From: Octopus vulgaris
Taxonomy: Eukaryota
DNA length: 64,000 bases
Reading direction: 5' to 3'
NCBI GenBank assembly: GCA_951406725.2
Contig: OX597821.1
Location: 24,862,001-24,926,000 of the forward strand
Shown piece by piece: positions 12,935 to 25,330 of the stretch; position 1 is the first letter of the stretch; each line of letters begins with the position of its first letter. The notes under the pieces are model-generated. The model searched no databases. It saw only the letters and a list, made by a program, of their open reading frames with translations, and was not told the DNA's origin. Both the position numbers and the translations under genes were made by a program.

Positions 12935-12935
<1 letters not shown>
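11312..12935 (+). mobile_element. 5'-truncated CR1-like LINE (RT plus C-terminus), a few stops and frameshifts
   Basis: NYRPISLTSHISK, VDVIYLDFAKAFDKVDH, SGVPQGTVLGPLLF, YADD, HLDYCSQLWSP, LFSLERRQER. The 3' end GCGGTGGTGCCCCAGCATGGCCGC..AAGGATTTAA is also present as a separate fragment at 11189-11248. Confidence 0.9.
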
Positions 12936-13012
<77 letters not shown>

Positions 13013-13135
13013 TTACATATATATATGTATACATATATATATATATTTACATATATAAATATATATATTTACATATGTATATATATATATTTACATATAT
13101 ATATATATATTTACATATATATATACATATATATG
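12936..13135. repeat. Compound (CA)n/(TA)n microsatellite
   Basis: Seen directly. Confidence 0.9.
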
Positions 13136-13880
13136 TGTAGTGGGTGCTTTTTACATGCCACCGGCATGAGGGATAGTCAGGCAGTTCTGGCAACGACCAC
13201 GCTCAAAGGTGTTTTTACATGCTACCTGCACGGGAGCCTGTCTGGCGGCACTAGCAACAACCACACTTGAATATTGTTTTTCACGTGCCACTGGCATATG
13301 TGCTACACTGGTAACAATCATGCTTGAATGGTGCTTTTCATGTGTCACCAGCACAAGATCCAATCCATGACCCTCGCAGTGATCACGCTTGGATATGCTT
13401 CTTTTAAGGTTTCACTGGCACGAGTGCCAATCAGGTGGTACTGTCATCGGCCACGTCAGCAATTTTGATTTGTTTACACTTGCCTCAATAGGTCTTCACT
13501 AGCAAAGTTCATTGTCCAATGAATCAGGAGTACTCAGAAATGGGCTGGTTACATTCACTGGCATAGGCCTTGGGCTATAGTCTCACTTGGCTTGTCGGGT
13601 CTTCTCAAGCACAGAATATCTCCAAAGATCCCAATCACTTGTCATTGCCTCAGTAAGGCCCAATATTCAAAGGTCATGCTTCACCACCTCATCCCTCATT
13701 CATTCGCAACACATGATCATACCAGCACAGTCATCTCTCTTGCACACCACATGTGATGCTTCTTAAATCCAACTTTTCTCGCAGGGCACTTACACTCTGT
13801 TGTGTATGTGCACTGACATTACACATCCAGCGAAGCATACTGGCTTCATTCTTTTCAAGCTTACGCATGTCCTCAGCATA
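13136..13880 (-). mobile_element. RTE LINE 3' fragment (same family as 7810-9897)
   Basis: Reverse complement matches ~8970-9700 (AAGCCAGTATGCTTCGCTGGATGTGTAATGTCAGTG..). Confidence 0.8.
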
Positions 13881-13971
13881 AAAAGACATAAAAATAAACA
13901 AGCTTTTGACGGTTTTATAGATATTTCAAAATTATGATGGTAGGTGTTTCCATTATTTTGTCCAACTCCTG
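13881..13971 (-). mobile_element. Terminal fragment of the same Tc1 family as 10134
   Basis: GTGTTTCCATTATTTTGTCCAACTCCTG followed by TA; reverse complement of 10134-10220. Confidence 0.85.
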
Positions 13972-14069
13972 TATATATTGAATCTTGGTAGGGCACCTGG
14001 AAGGAATGGAATTTGTATTGAGGTCTTGTGAATTGGTGGTGATTACATCATACAGTCCCTTCATGAACT

Positions 14070-15625
14070 TATTAGTTTGGAGGGATGGTGCAATGCCTAA
14101 AGACTGGAAGGATGCAATTATTCTTCCCCTCTATAAAGGAAATGGAGCCAGAATAATGTGTGATAACTACAGAGGTATTGCTCTACTATCAGCTGCTGGT
14201 AAGGTTCTGGCAAATATTCTATACCGCCTGAATGGGAGTCTTATAAATGATGTCCTTTCTGAATCTCAATGTGGCTTCCGATCTGGTAAAGGACAATGGA
14301 TATGATTTTCACAGCAAGACAGATGCAGGAGAAGTGCTATGAGCTGAATATGGATCTTGTCCAGGTATTCATTGATTTAACCAAGGCCTTTGATACTGTG
14401 AATAGGACCTTGCTATGGAAAATATATAGCAAACTTTATATTTATAATTAAATTATTTCATGATGGAATGGAAGCTTGGATCAATGTTGGTGGTGGCATG
14501 GCAGGACCCATTCCTGTAGAGAATGGTATCAAGCAGGGTGACATCCTTGCCTCAACTCACTTTTCTTTGTACTTTTCTGCTGCTTTTGCGAAGTTTAGCT
14601 CTCTGAGAATATCAAGTATCGATTTTCTGGCCACCTCTTTAATCTGCACCAATTTGCTGCAAATTCGAAAATTTTCCAGTCTCTTATTCGTGACCTCCTT
14701 AGTGCAGATGGCTGTGACTTGGTCACTCATACAGTGGATGACATGCAAATACTTATGAATCATATTTCTGCTTCTTGCAAGGCACTTGAACTCAGCATCA
14801 GCATTAGCCTGGATAAGACTGTTGTAATGTTCTCAGCCTGCACCAGGGAATCCATATGTGGAACCAGCTATCTTAGCTGAAGGAACAATACTGAAAGTGG
14901 TAGACAAGTTTGTCAACCTGGGCAGCACACTCAGCCGTTCTTACTCCCTGGATGATGAAATATCCTTCAGACTACAGAGAGCAACTGATTCCTTCCAGTC
15001 TCTTCAGTCTCATGTCTAGTCCCAGCATGGCATCACAAGGCAAACAAAAATTAATGTGTACCGTGCATTTGTTCTGACATCACTCATGGATCTTTTACAA
15101 ACATCATGTAAAGGTCCTTGAACACTTTCATCAGAGATGTCTCAGACACATTCTGAATGTTGGCTGGACCTTAAAAACTCCAGACACACAGGTCCTGAGG
15201 AAAGCTGATACCTTGAGTATTGAGGTGATGGTGCACTAGCACCAGTTACGTTGGACTGGACACCTTATTAGAATGAAGGCTAGCAAGATCCCTAAACATA
15301 TGCAATATGGATAACTTGTTAGTGGAAAGAAACTTCAGCAGAAACCAAGGCTGTGATTTAAGGATTGTGTCAAGTCCTCATTAAAGGCCTGTGATATGCA
15401 GGAGACCGAATGGGAGAGCAATGCCTGTCATCGCCACAGATGGAGGAAGCTGGTTAAGGAGCTGGGGTCGACACCTTTGAAAAAGCCCATATTCTGCATG
15501 AAAAATTTAAGTGTACTGCTAGAAAGTGCACAGCTAGTGTTGTGAATGGGGAGAGCTTGGTTTGCAATGTTTGCAGTCATGTATACTTGCCAAGAGCAGG
15601 GCTCATTAGCCATCAGCAGAGCCAC
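14070..15625 (+). mobile_element. Degenerate RTE (BovB-like) LINE
   Basis: MPKDWKDAIILPLYKG..CDNYRGIALLSAAGKVLA..SESQCGFRSG; FIDLTKAFDTV; NGIKQGDILA; LRWTGHLIRM; C-terminal CxxC..H zinc-finger remnant. Confidence 0.88.
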
Positions 15626-15627
15626 AA

Positions 15628-16163
15628 ATCATCATCATCATCATCATTCAACGTCCGCTTTCCATGCTGGCATGGGTTGGACAATTTTGACTGAGCGCTG
15701 GTGAACCAGATAGCTGCACCAGGCTCCAATCTTGATCTGAATGAGTTTCTACGGCTGGATGCCCCTCCTAACTCCAACCACTCCGAGAGTGTAGTGGACG
15801 CTTTTTACGTGCCACCGGCAAGGGGGCCAATCTGGCAGTACTGGTAATGACCTCGCTCAAATCTTTTTACACATGCCACCCGCACAGATGCCTGTAAGGC
15901 GATGTTGGTAATGATCACACTCAAATGGTGCCCTTTTACCTGCCACTGGCACGGAAGCCAGTTGGCTCCTCTGGCAACGATCACACTCATATGGTGCTCT
16001 TGGCACCCTACTAGCACGGGCACAAGTGCCAGTAAGGTGACGCTGGTAATGATCACACTCGAATGGTGCCCTTTTATGTGCCACTGGCACGGAAGCCGTT
16101 TAGCTGCTCTGTCAAACGATCACACTCATATGGTGCTCTTTGCACCCCACTAGCACGGATGCC
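15628..16163 (-). mobile_element. RTE 3' UTR fragment with an internal ~125-bp tandem duplication
   Basis: (ATC)n at 15628. The unit GTAATGATCACACTC..ATGGTGCCCTTTTA..GCCACTGGCACGGAAGCC..GATCACACTCATATGGTGCTCTT occurs twice (~15890-16020, ~16020-16160). Confidence 0.8.
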
Positions 16164-16333
16164 GAGAGCACAATGGTCTTCATTAGTCACAAGTGGACAG
16201 CCATTATATATATCTGCTTTATAAAATAGTTCATACTTTAGTATGAATCGAAACAGCTGTTAGAGATCATATTTATTTTTGCAGTTAATAAATATACTTA
16301 TTAATTTATGTATCTCCATTTTTTTATTTGTCT

Positions 16334-16375
<42 letters not shown>

Positions 16376-16859
16376 CGTGTGTGTGTGTGTATATATATAT
16401 TATTTATACACACACACACACATATGTATGTATGTGTGTATGTGGGTGTATGTATGTATGTGTGTGTGTGTATATATATATGCGCATATACATATGTATA
16501 TATATGTATCACCATCATTTAATGACCATTGTCCATGCTGGCATGGGATGGACAGTTTGACCAGAGCCGGGAAGCTGCACCAGACCCCAGTCTGGTTTGA
16601 TATGGTTTCTATGGCAAGATTCCTTATCTAATGCCAACTACTTTACATGGTGTGCTGGGTGCTTTTACATGGACCTGTACAGTCACTTTTCATGGCCTTG
16701 CATAAGTGCTTTTATTTGGCACTGCACAAGCACTTTACATAGCACCACTACGAATGCTTTACACCACCAGAGAGACCTGTCTTAACACTTCTTCTGTGAA
16801 GTATGGATCCTCCTGAGTGCAGCAAAGCATCAAGCCTCTCAATCCAATGCTGTTACTGA

Positions 16860-17960
16860 CAAATAGAAAAGACAGCAAACAAATACATCAAAGTAGCAAG
16901 AAAGGAGATATAGACCAAAATGAAAAGCACCCGCTGCAGCCACATCATGATAGTAGCAATAATAGTGATATAGCTAACATGACAACAGTATGAGAAAATA
17001 AAGTCAGACCTGCCACATATACAACTAAATCTAATAAATCAAAATGCCCATTGTTGAACCTTACGAATCTTGTATAAATGTACCATACATACAAGAGAAG
17101 GACTGTGTTTACATTAGGGCAGCTGCTGATTCAGTCAAGAATCATTATTGCAACCATGTCGCCAGCTTCAAGGAAGTCAACAAGAAGCATTCAACATCTT
17201 TGGCTGATTTTGTGTGGTGACTTAAGAAAATTAAAATTAAATATAATCTAACTCCATAATAAGGTATGCACAACCATATATTCTTTCCAGGAGATGCAGA
17301 CTCTGCTCCAAGGAATCCCTGTCTATTTTGTAGACCAATGAGAAGATTATTATAGAATTTCTGAAAGATTCTCAATATACCTGCTTATAAATGCAATTTC
17401 GCACAATGCAGTGGGAATGAATTTGAGTAACCGCTAGCCAAATTTATAATCATAATTCACCTTAAGGTATGGATGAATTAAATTTAACTCTAGCCTGCCC
17501 ATTCTTATAAACACTAAGTAGCTATTTGATTCACTGTGAGTGTATGTGTGCCAAATCACACATTTGTATATGCTTGTCTCTTCATAGATGTTTGTACAGG
17601 TAAGTGTACGTGCGCTACAACCTAAATGAGGGTGTTTATACATTCATATCTGTTAACGGTTATATTTAATAGTTTTTTTTTCTGTATTGTGTATTCGTTT
17701 CATTTTGCATCTGTTATTTATTATTGATCTATAAAAATGAAGCTGTATCCCTTAATTTTCTGCTTTCCTATGCACACAAACCAAGAAGATATCTTGCGGA
17801 ACAGTCGTTACTTTAATGAGATACATCTTGTAATCACCTGAAGAGACACATCTACAACGACAGATACTCCTAAACCAGTTGTTAAGTATCCCACCCATTA
17901 GGAATCAATGCTAGATGGGTTGAAACACTTATAGTGCTTGATAAACATTCTTGTATCTTC
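16860..17960 (+). mobile_element. Penelope-like element 3' remnant (GIY-YIG endonuclease plus 3' pseudo-LTR)
   Basis: About 17040-17330 translates with frameshifts to KCPL..NLVYKCTI..VYIRAAADSVKNHYCNHVASFK..KHSTSLADFVW*LK..PY..RCRLCSKE, the PLE GIY-YIG pattern. Confidence 0.75.
17832..17939 (+). ncRNA. Degenerate type I hammerhead ribozyme-like motif
   Basis: Stem I AATCAC/GTGCTT, core CTGAAGA (17838-44), stem II GACACATCTA/TAGATGGGTT, GAAA (17922-25), candidate cleavage triplet ATA (17931-33). It lies at the 3' end of a PLE, where such ribozymes are known. Confidence 0.45.
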
Positions 17961-18011
17961 CATCCTTCTCATTAATCAAATATATATATTTACATGTATA
18001 TGTGTGTGTAG

Positions 18012-18061
<50 letters not shown>

Positions 18062-18789
18062 ACACACACACACACACACATATATATGGTTGATTGTAAA
18101 CTTGTGCAATGTATAAACTTAGTAGATTTTTAAAATTAGTTGCTTTATTTGGCTGCAGTCAGTTTGACGATCTCTGGCTTAGGGTCTCTCTCAGGATAAG
18201 TTTAACTTTTGTTTTTACATCAGCATGTTGAATATAAATATTCTGAAGAGTCCTGCAACAGTTTTGAGTATTTTATTTGTCATTGCAAGGGTTCTATACA
18301 TCTTTCTAATTAAACTCTTGTAACAAGTTGAGGTAACACTGAATATTGTATGTTTATGTAGATACATAAGTAAGGATATATTTGATTGATGGCTCTATTC
18401 CCTTGAGTCAAACACTTGCTAATAAAGCACATGTTAGTTATCCAATACCTCTACTCTAGATTCTTTCTGTGTCTGAGTCACTGAGACCTAATTATTCCAA
18501 ATGTAGTACTGTTCTAATGATATATGAACCATTAATCTTGTATTTGGAAAATCAACATTAAGTTAGTTCACCCAACTCTAATCCTCTTTCTTCATGATTT
18601 AGGAAATTACAAATGCAGAATATTAATAGGTATTCTGTATGAACATTTCTCTTACAAGGGAGTAAATTTTACGTCAAATGACTTGGAAAAGCATTTTGGC
18701 TGACATCTTGTAAACTGGTTAAACTAAAAATAATTGGCTGTAAAATGTTAAGACTTTCATATTATGGTGGTTATCTGATAGATATTTAA

Positions 18790-18998
18790 CCCTTCTTCTG
18801 TCAAAGGTAATGTTTATTTGTTTATATTGTGTTTTGAGTTTATCATACATTATCTGGTAGCTTTGAGATTTTGATGATGTGAATATTTATTTTTAGAATG
18901 ACATTGTAGGGTATATGGCAGAGACCAGATCTGGCTGGTTTGAACATAGAACAAGTAGAATATTTTGGCCAGATATGGCCACTTTGAATGCTAAAGGG
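18790..18998. mobile_element. piggyBac-type MITE
   Basis: TTAA-CCCTT..AAGGG-TTAA termini with a TTAA duplication on both sides. Confidence 0.65.
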
Positions 18999-20820
18999 TT
19001 AAAGCAATTATATCTTTCATTGTTTTTATTATTATGAGCCTTATTACTTACGAGACATTTTTCTTTCCTAAAACCATTTACGTACATAAATTATGTTAAT
19101 ATGTCTTTTATATTGTTGTCTCTTGTAATCTGCAAAAAATAGACTACTTTTTAGTTTTCATTCAGTTGATGCCCTTTTTTTTTTCTTTTTAAGTAGTATT
19201 TATTTCGATAAATATTAAATTGTAAAATATGAATATAGGGCCTAATTGTCTTTCAATAATTTAACACTTTAGTTCGCTCTTAAACTATACGTTCTACCTG
19301 CTTCATGTACTGTATGTAAATCAGGACCGCTATACTTAATTATCTCCCCTACATTCCGTCTGTTCAAACCGATCTAATTCAGCTAACGCTTTGCCTACCG
19401 TGGGAATCACTGGTGACTCACCATGCTACCAACTTTATATACCGTGAGAGTCACCAGTGACTCCCAATGCTGTTGTTTTGTGGAGGGGGTTCTATTACTT
19501 TGACTCAAACTACATTATTCGAAATTTAGGAAATGTACAGAACATGTTTCATTGTATTTCTTTGATGGTTTTCAGTTTGTATCAACAGAAGCTGAGATAG
19601 GAACTGACAAGAAGGGTACAAGTCACTGTCATCTCCATCATTGGAGTACTACTCTCTATAAAATAATTTTTGTAACGAAGAACTCATTAAGGCATATATA
19701 ATATAATCTGAAGGAAAAAATCATAAATAAATGAAAACGAATCCATAGATGGAGGTATAATGAAAGTTTTAACACTTTTTAACATGTGTCACCAGTGACA
19801 CTCATGGTACAGAGTGAATAAAATATTTTTGTACCATGGGAGACTCTGGTGATACCCATGCTATGAATCAATATGGCAGTTCAAAAATCATACTAGAACA
19901 TATATATGATTACAAAATTTAAAAACAATTTATTTCCTCATCTTCATTATCATCATCATTTGACGTCCACTTTTTCATGCTTGCTTGGGTCAGACAATAT
20001 TTGTTGAGGCAAATTTTCTATGGCCAGATGCTTTTCCTGATATCATCCCTCACTATTTCCACAAAGCAATAATTTATGTGAAGACAAGAGTACATGTTAA
20101 ACATACACATACAGTTACATATATATATATATATATACACACACATACACACAACATATATTTGTATGTATATATATATATATATATATACGTGTGTGTC
20201 TCTATACACACACACATAGATATATATATATGTGTGTATATACAACAACAGCTTTCTTTCTATTTCCATTTATCAAATCCACTCACAAGTGGATTTGGTT
20301 AGCTCAGGGCTATAGTTGACACTTGTCTAAGATGCTACACAGTTGGACTGACCCTGGGACTACTTCTTATAATGTACTAAAGGGATTAAATTCAATAATT
20401 ATTAACACTGCTGTATCACTAAATACTGGATCTTTGGACACACTCCTGACAATAATACCTGTTAATGCCCTGTCCATGTCCTTGTATCTCTATTGTTATA
20501 CAATGTTTTTATCATTTCCCATTTTAAATACAATATAAAAATATCACAAGTGAAAAGTTTCATCTGTTATCCTAAAAGTGTAATCTTCCAAGAGTTATCC
20601 TTTTAATCTGTACCTTTTATCTTTTTCTTGTTTCAGTCATTGAACTGTAACTATGCTGGGGCACTGCTTTGAAAGGTTTTAGTCAAATGAAGACTCTGTT
20701 ATTTTTATTTTTTTAATTATACTATTTACTCTATCGGTCTCTTATGTCAAACAGCTATGGGGCTATAAACAAACCAACACTGGTTATCAAGTGTTAGTGA
20801 GTGACAAACACAAAAATATA

Positions 20821-20859
<39 letters not shown>

Positions 20860-20946
20860 AGATATATATATATATATATATATGTATTATCTTTTACCTG
20901 TTTCAGCCATTAGATTTTAGCCATGCTGGGGTACCACCTATATATA

Positions 20947-21180
20947 CAGGGTTAGCCAAAAGTCACTTGACAGTAAGTCAAAACCATTTAATTCCAAGAT
21001 TTATCTATGTTTAACAACTGAATGAATTTGATAAAAGTATCTGAATATGAAACATCATGAAAATCATTCAGACTGAAGTCCTTCTTGAGCGACACCATTT
21101 TCCCAAATGAATAAATAAAATTGAATATTAAGTGTCTATGGAATTTTTATTTACTATCAGGTGACTTTTGACCAACACTA
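20947..21180. mobile_element. Tc1/mariner-type MITE
   Basis: ~30-bp imperfect TIRs CAGGGTTAGCCAAAAGTCACTTGACAGTAA / TTACTATCAGGTGACTTTTGACCAACACTA in a TA context. Confidence 0.75.
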
Positions 21181-21185
21181 TATAT

Positions 21186-21796
21186 ATATATGAAAAAGAA
21201 GAAAATGGAGAAATTGACATATAGACATCAATTTATTGAAAACAAATCCAATTTTGAACAATATCAAACTCATAGAATCTACAATTGTTTCCATACCCAG
21301 TCAATTTAATTCAAATTAGAAATTTAAATGAAAGATTCATATTGGATTATAACTTATTGAACATTTTGTCATGGTCAGAACTTGATGGAAAAATGAACTA
21401 CATTCCAATGTGTTGATACATCATTGGTAGACTCAGCATTAAATTCAGATACGTGCGCTTGTGCATCCTAATGTATTTTTTAAAAAAAACCATTACTTGT
21501 GTAAATGCAACTTTGTTTTAATTGGTGCTCATCTGAATTTAATGCTGAGTCTACCAATCATATATCAACACATTGGTATGTAGTTCTTTTTTTTCTATCA
21601 AGTTCTGACCCTGACGAACTGTTCAATTAATTATAATTCAATATGAATCTTCAATTTAATTTTTCTAATTTGAATGGATTGGACATGGAAACAATTGTAG
21701 ATTCTATAAGTTTGATATTGTTTGAAATTGGATTTGTTTACAATAAATTGATACCTATATGTCAATTTCTCCATCTCCTTCTTTTTCTTATACATA
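21186..21796. repeat. Foldback element: ~270-bp imperfect inverted arms with a ~70-bp spacer
   Basis: 21186-21456 is the reverse complement of 21526-21796 (e.g. ATTGGTAGACTCAGCATTAAATTCAGAT / ATCTGAATTTAATGCTGAGTCTACCAAT). Confidence 0.9.
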
Positions 21797-21914
21797 AATG
21801 GTAATATATCCATCAATGTGAAGTTAATACCTTTTAGTATTTCACTGATACACTGGATAAAACCAGGGAACTTGGATGTTGACATCCTTTTAAGAGGTAT
21901 TTATATCCTTGAAA

Positions 21915-22283
21915 AGTGGAGGCGCAATGGTAGCGGACTCGCGGTTGTAGGATCGCGGTTTCAATTCCCAGACCGGGCATTGTGAGTGTTTATTGAGCGA
22001 AAACACCTAAAGCTCCACGAGGCTCCGGCAGGGATGATGGTGATCCCTGTTGTACTCTTTCACCACAACTTTCTCTCACTCTTACTTCCTGTTTCTGTTG
22101 TACCTGTATTTCAAAGGGCCGGCCTTGTCACTCTGTGTCACATTGAATATCCCCGAGAACTACGTTAAGGGTACACGTGTCTGTGGAGTGCTCAGCCACT
22201 TACACGTTAATTTCACGAGCAGGCTGTTCCATTGATCGGATCAACCGGAACCCTCGTCGTCGTAACCGACGGAGTGCTTCCAA
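21915..22283 (+). mobile_element. Well-preserved tRNA(Arg)-like SINE (OR-type) with a 12-bp TSD
   Basis: tRNA-like head GGAGGCGCAATGG..GGACTCGCGG..GGTTTCAATTCCC, CpG-rich body. TSD ATATCCTTGAAA at 21903-21914 and 22284-22295. Confidence 0.85.
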
Positions 22284-22479
22284 ATATCCTTGAAATAATT
22301 AACGTACATACATACAGACAGACTATATGTTTGGGAAGCAAACATTTTACCACACAGCCATACCTATACTTTCATTCTGTTTACAAATGTCTTATTTTAT
22401 TTAATACGATGTATTTTACATTTTTATATCAATTAGTTATTACAAACATGACTCTGATCTTAAGTTTTCACACCAATAC

Positions 22480-22860
22480 CTGCTCAGTGAAGGTGGTATG
22501 AATCCAGCCAACTCTGAAGAGCATATGCCATATTAGTAGTGCCACAAATGGCTAAAAAAACAGATAGTGTGCTGGAGTATATCTGTGAATGACTTTATTC
22601 CAAGCAGCCCTTTTCTGGGTACATTCTAGAATGTCTGTGTGTAGCAACAACACCATCCTAAATAATATTCCATTGTGGGCCTCACTTGAGCTTTGTAGAG
22701 TGTGGTTAATTGTTGGAGTTGAAGTATCTCCTGGTCCTGAAGAGAATGGCTTGTCATTGGGATATGGTCCTAACTATGTTAAAGATATGCTTTTTCAGTG
22801 GAGATCCTCAGCGATATTGAGACCCAACATTTGGAGCAATTGTGAAAGCTCTATTTGAGC
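22480..22860 (-). mobile_element. Old L2/Daphne-like LINE fragment
   Basis: Minus strand reads LQMLGLNIAEDLH..LFRTRRYF..TLYKAQVRPTMEY..ILECTQKRA. Confidence 0.65.
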
Positions 22861-23356
22861 ACTACAGTATTTTACACATTTTACCAATAAGTTTCATGTT
22901 CAGTTCCACAGCACATGTCTTCAGGAGAGTTTTGGGTCAACTAAAGTCATGTTAGAGATATTTGGTTGGTAAACTGTCAGAAGGATTATTATTATTTTTG
23001 AGCAGTAGACATTTTTTGGATCCTGGTTTATCAGTACCACCTGTCCCTTGGGTAAGTTTATCACAGTCCATTCTGTTAGAAACATTCGTGCTAGATCTCC
23101 ACTCTAATAATAATATCGATCATTCTTCATCTCAGATTTTCAGTCAGAAGTAGCTAGGATGATGAAATCATTTAAAAAATTTTTGTTGAACCTCAGAAAA
23201 AAACTTTAAAATTAATGTTTTCTCAGTTATATTATACACTCTTGGAATTCAACTGCTTATATATATATATATATGTATATATATATTGTCCTTACATCAT
23301 AAATCTGAAACAGAAGCACACTCTAAGTTATAGAGCAGCAGAGTATTTAGATAAAG

Positions 23357-23542
23357 ATAGTTATGACCAGTCTATTGAGTCATCCCAAGTTTCTTGTCCA
23401 TAAAGCACTTAGCTTTACAGCGTCCCTCCATTTTGAAGAGAGGTAATAGGCCATTGCCCATTAGAGTCTGATGAGACGCTGTAAAGCCAGGCGCTTTATG
23501 AACGAGAAACTCAGAATAACCCTATAAACTAGCCATAACTAT
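23357..23542 (-). repeat. 68-bp-arm hairpin with a 50-nt loop
   Basis: Arms 23357-23424 and 23475-23542 align without gaps, with 14 differences. Confidence 0.85.
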
Positions 23543-25084
23543 TTTTTTTTGTCCATATAACCATTTAGTTCATTATACTTTCTAACTAGACAGTGGTTTT
23601 CTAATTCTAATTTCAAATCTGGAACTATTTAGATATTTCCTCATAGACATACTTACTATGCAAAATTAATTCAAAATACATTTGTAGTTCTTAATCTTAT
23701 ATTTTCTAATATCAAATGTTTTGTGATGAATACCATTATGCATCTTATTTAATTGTGTCTAGAAACTGGTTGATTGATTAAATTTTGTGTAATGAAAGAT
23801 ATGTATACCATTGCACTTATTGCCTTCAGGTGAAGGTTACATACATTCAATTTCAAATTTATAAATATCTAAAAATTTAAAGTAATATATAGAATATAAT
23901 TTAGCACAATCAGTTATTAAACAATTTTGATATAAAGTAAACATACATTGAAGTGAGATTTATTTTGTTCCTAAATTATGTTAGATTTAAAATTTAGAAT
24001 TTCAGTCTGTTTATTGTCTTGTATTTCCAAGTTAAAACAAAAAAATATGCTAATTTGTATATTTGTCCCTCTCATAATTTGTGAATCTCTTAGATTTTAT
24101 TGTTCAGTTTCCAGTGTTTAATTTTTCTTTGATTAATTTAAATTGTGTTTGCCACAACACCTGCAAATATAAACTCTAGTTAAGCTTGGTTTCACACAAC
24201 CGACTTTAAGTATAATAAGCAACATGATATTCTATTCTAAATCTATAACCTCATTTGCAGTCTTTTAGATACGTTTTCATCATAAATGTTACACCCAAAT
24301 GAAGGCTATCTATTTCAGTTTATTTCCTTAATGATATTAATCTTATTTTACCATTAATTGTCTGATATTTTTGATCTAACACTAATGTTTGCAATTATAG
24401 TGTATTTTTATTTTTACTGTTGTCATCTCCATTTTAACTTCCATCAGATTTTTTTTAATAGTTTCTTGCATTTGATATCTTTTACAGCACACATGTTGGA
24501 AAACTTTATAATTGAAAATTAATACAAAATAAGTATATATTACTTGGTTTGCCAGGCTTCTAAAGCATATATTTATAAAGATTTTTGTAATATTACCTAA
24601 ATTCAAAAGTATTTTATGTACAGGATGACATAGTTTTATTGCTGCTAAATGCTTTGTCTGCCACTCATCTATAAAAGCACCTTAATGCAAAACATAGACA
24701 TGAGAGACTAGTAGAAGATAAGACAATATAATATACAACTAAGGGCTTCTTTGCAGCTAGTTCAGTTAGTTGATTTTGCTTTTTATTTTTTCAAAGTCAG
24801 TAAAATGCACTTGAGTTAATTTTATTAAATAAACACATAGCTTAAAGATTTGACTCCTCTTACTTATAATGGCAGATAAAGTGAAATGAAATAGCTACAT
24901 CTGGGAACTTGACTACAATACAATTTCAGTCTATTGGTAACTTTACATCTTCACTCTGCTTCTTATTGTCTCTATGAAATAAAGAATTGATTGATTTACG
25001 GCATGACAGATCAGGATTAATAAATATCACTTAGCATTTTATTCGATGCCAGCTCACTGCTTTAATAATAGTAATAATCATTTC

Positions 25085-25330
25085 TACTATGGGCACAAGG
25101 CCTGAAATTTTGTTGGGAATTTTGTTGTTGCTTACATTGATCCCAGTGCTCAACTGGTACTTAATTTATTGACCCTGAAAGGATGTAAAGCACATTCAAC
25201 ATTTGCAGAATTTGAACTCAGAACAATGCAAACATAGAAAATGAATGTTAAATGATGAATATAAGGAGTTGGAAGAATTACCGCAAAGTATTTTGTCCTG
25301 GTTGCTAACAATTCTGCCTGTTTGTCACTT
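25085..25330 (-). mobile_element. Nin/Deu-domain SINE
   Basis: CTGGTACTTAATTTATTGACCCTGAAAGGATG is the reverse of the CATCCTTTCGGGGTCGATAAAATAAGTACCAG core. Confidence 0.7.

Noticed and set aside
16228-16264. GTTCATAC-TTTA-GTATGAAT-CGAAAC-AGCT-GTT, the 3' half of a minimal PLE-type hammerhead
   Set aside because: No CTGANGA upstream, so at most a fragment.
16279-16631. Overlapping YIYI/CVCV ORFs (also near 13025, 20000 and 29200)
   Set aside because: Translations of dinucleotide microsatellites.
21915-21985. tRNA-like sequence
   Set aside because: The D-arm region is incomplete and it continues into a SINE body with a TSD; not a tRNA gene.
23468-23510. CTGATGA..GAAAC resembling a hammerhead core
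   Set aside because: No stem II/III pairing around the cores. The sequence is explained as the arm of the 68-bp hairpin.
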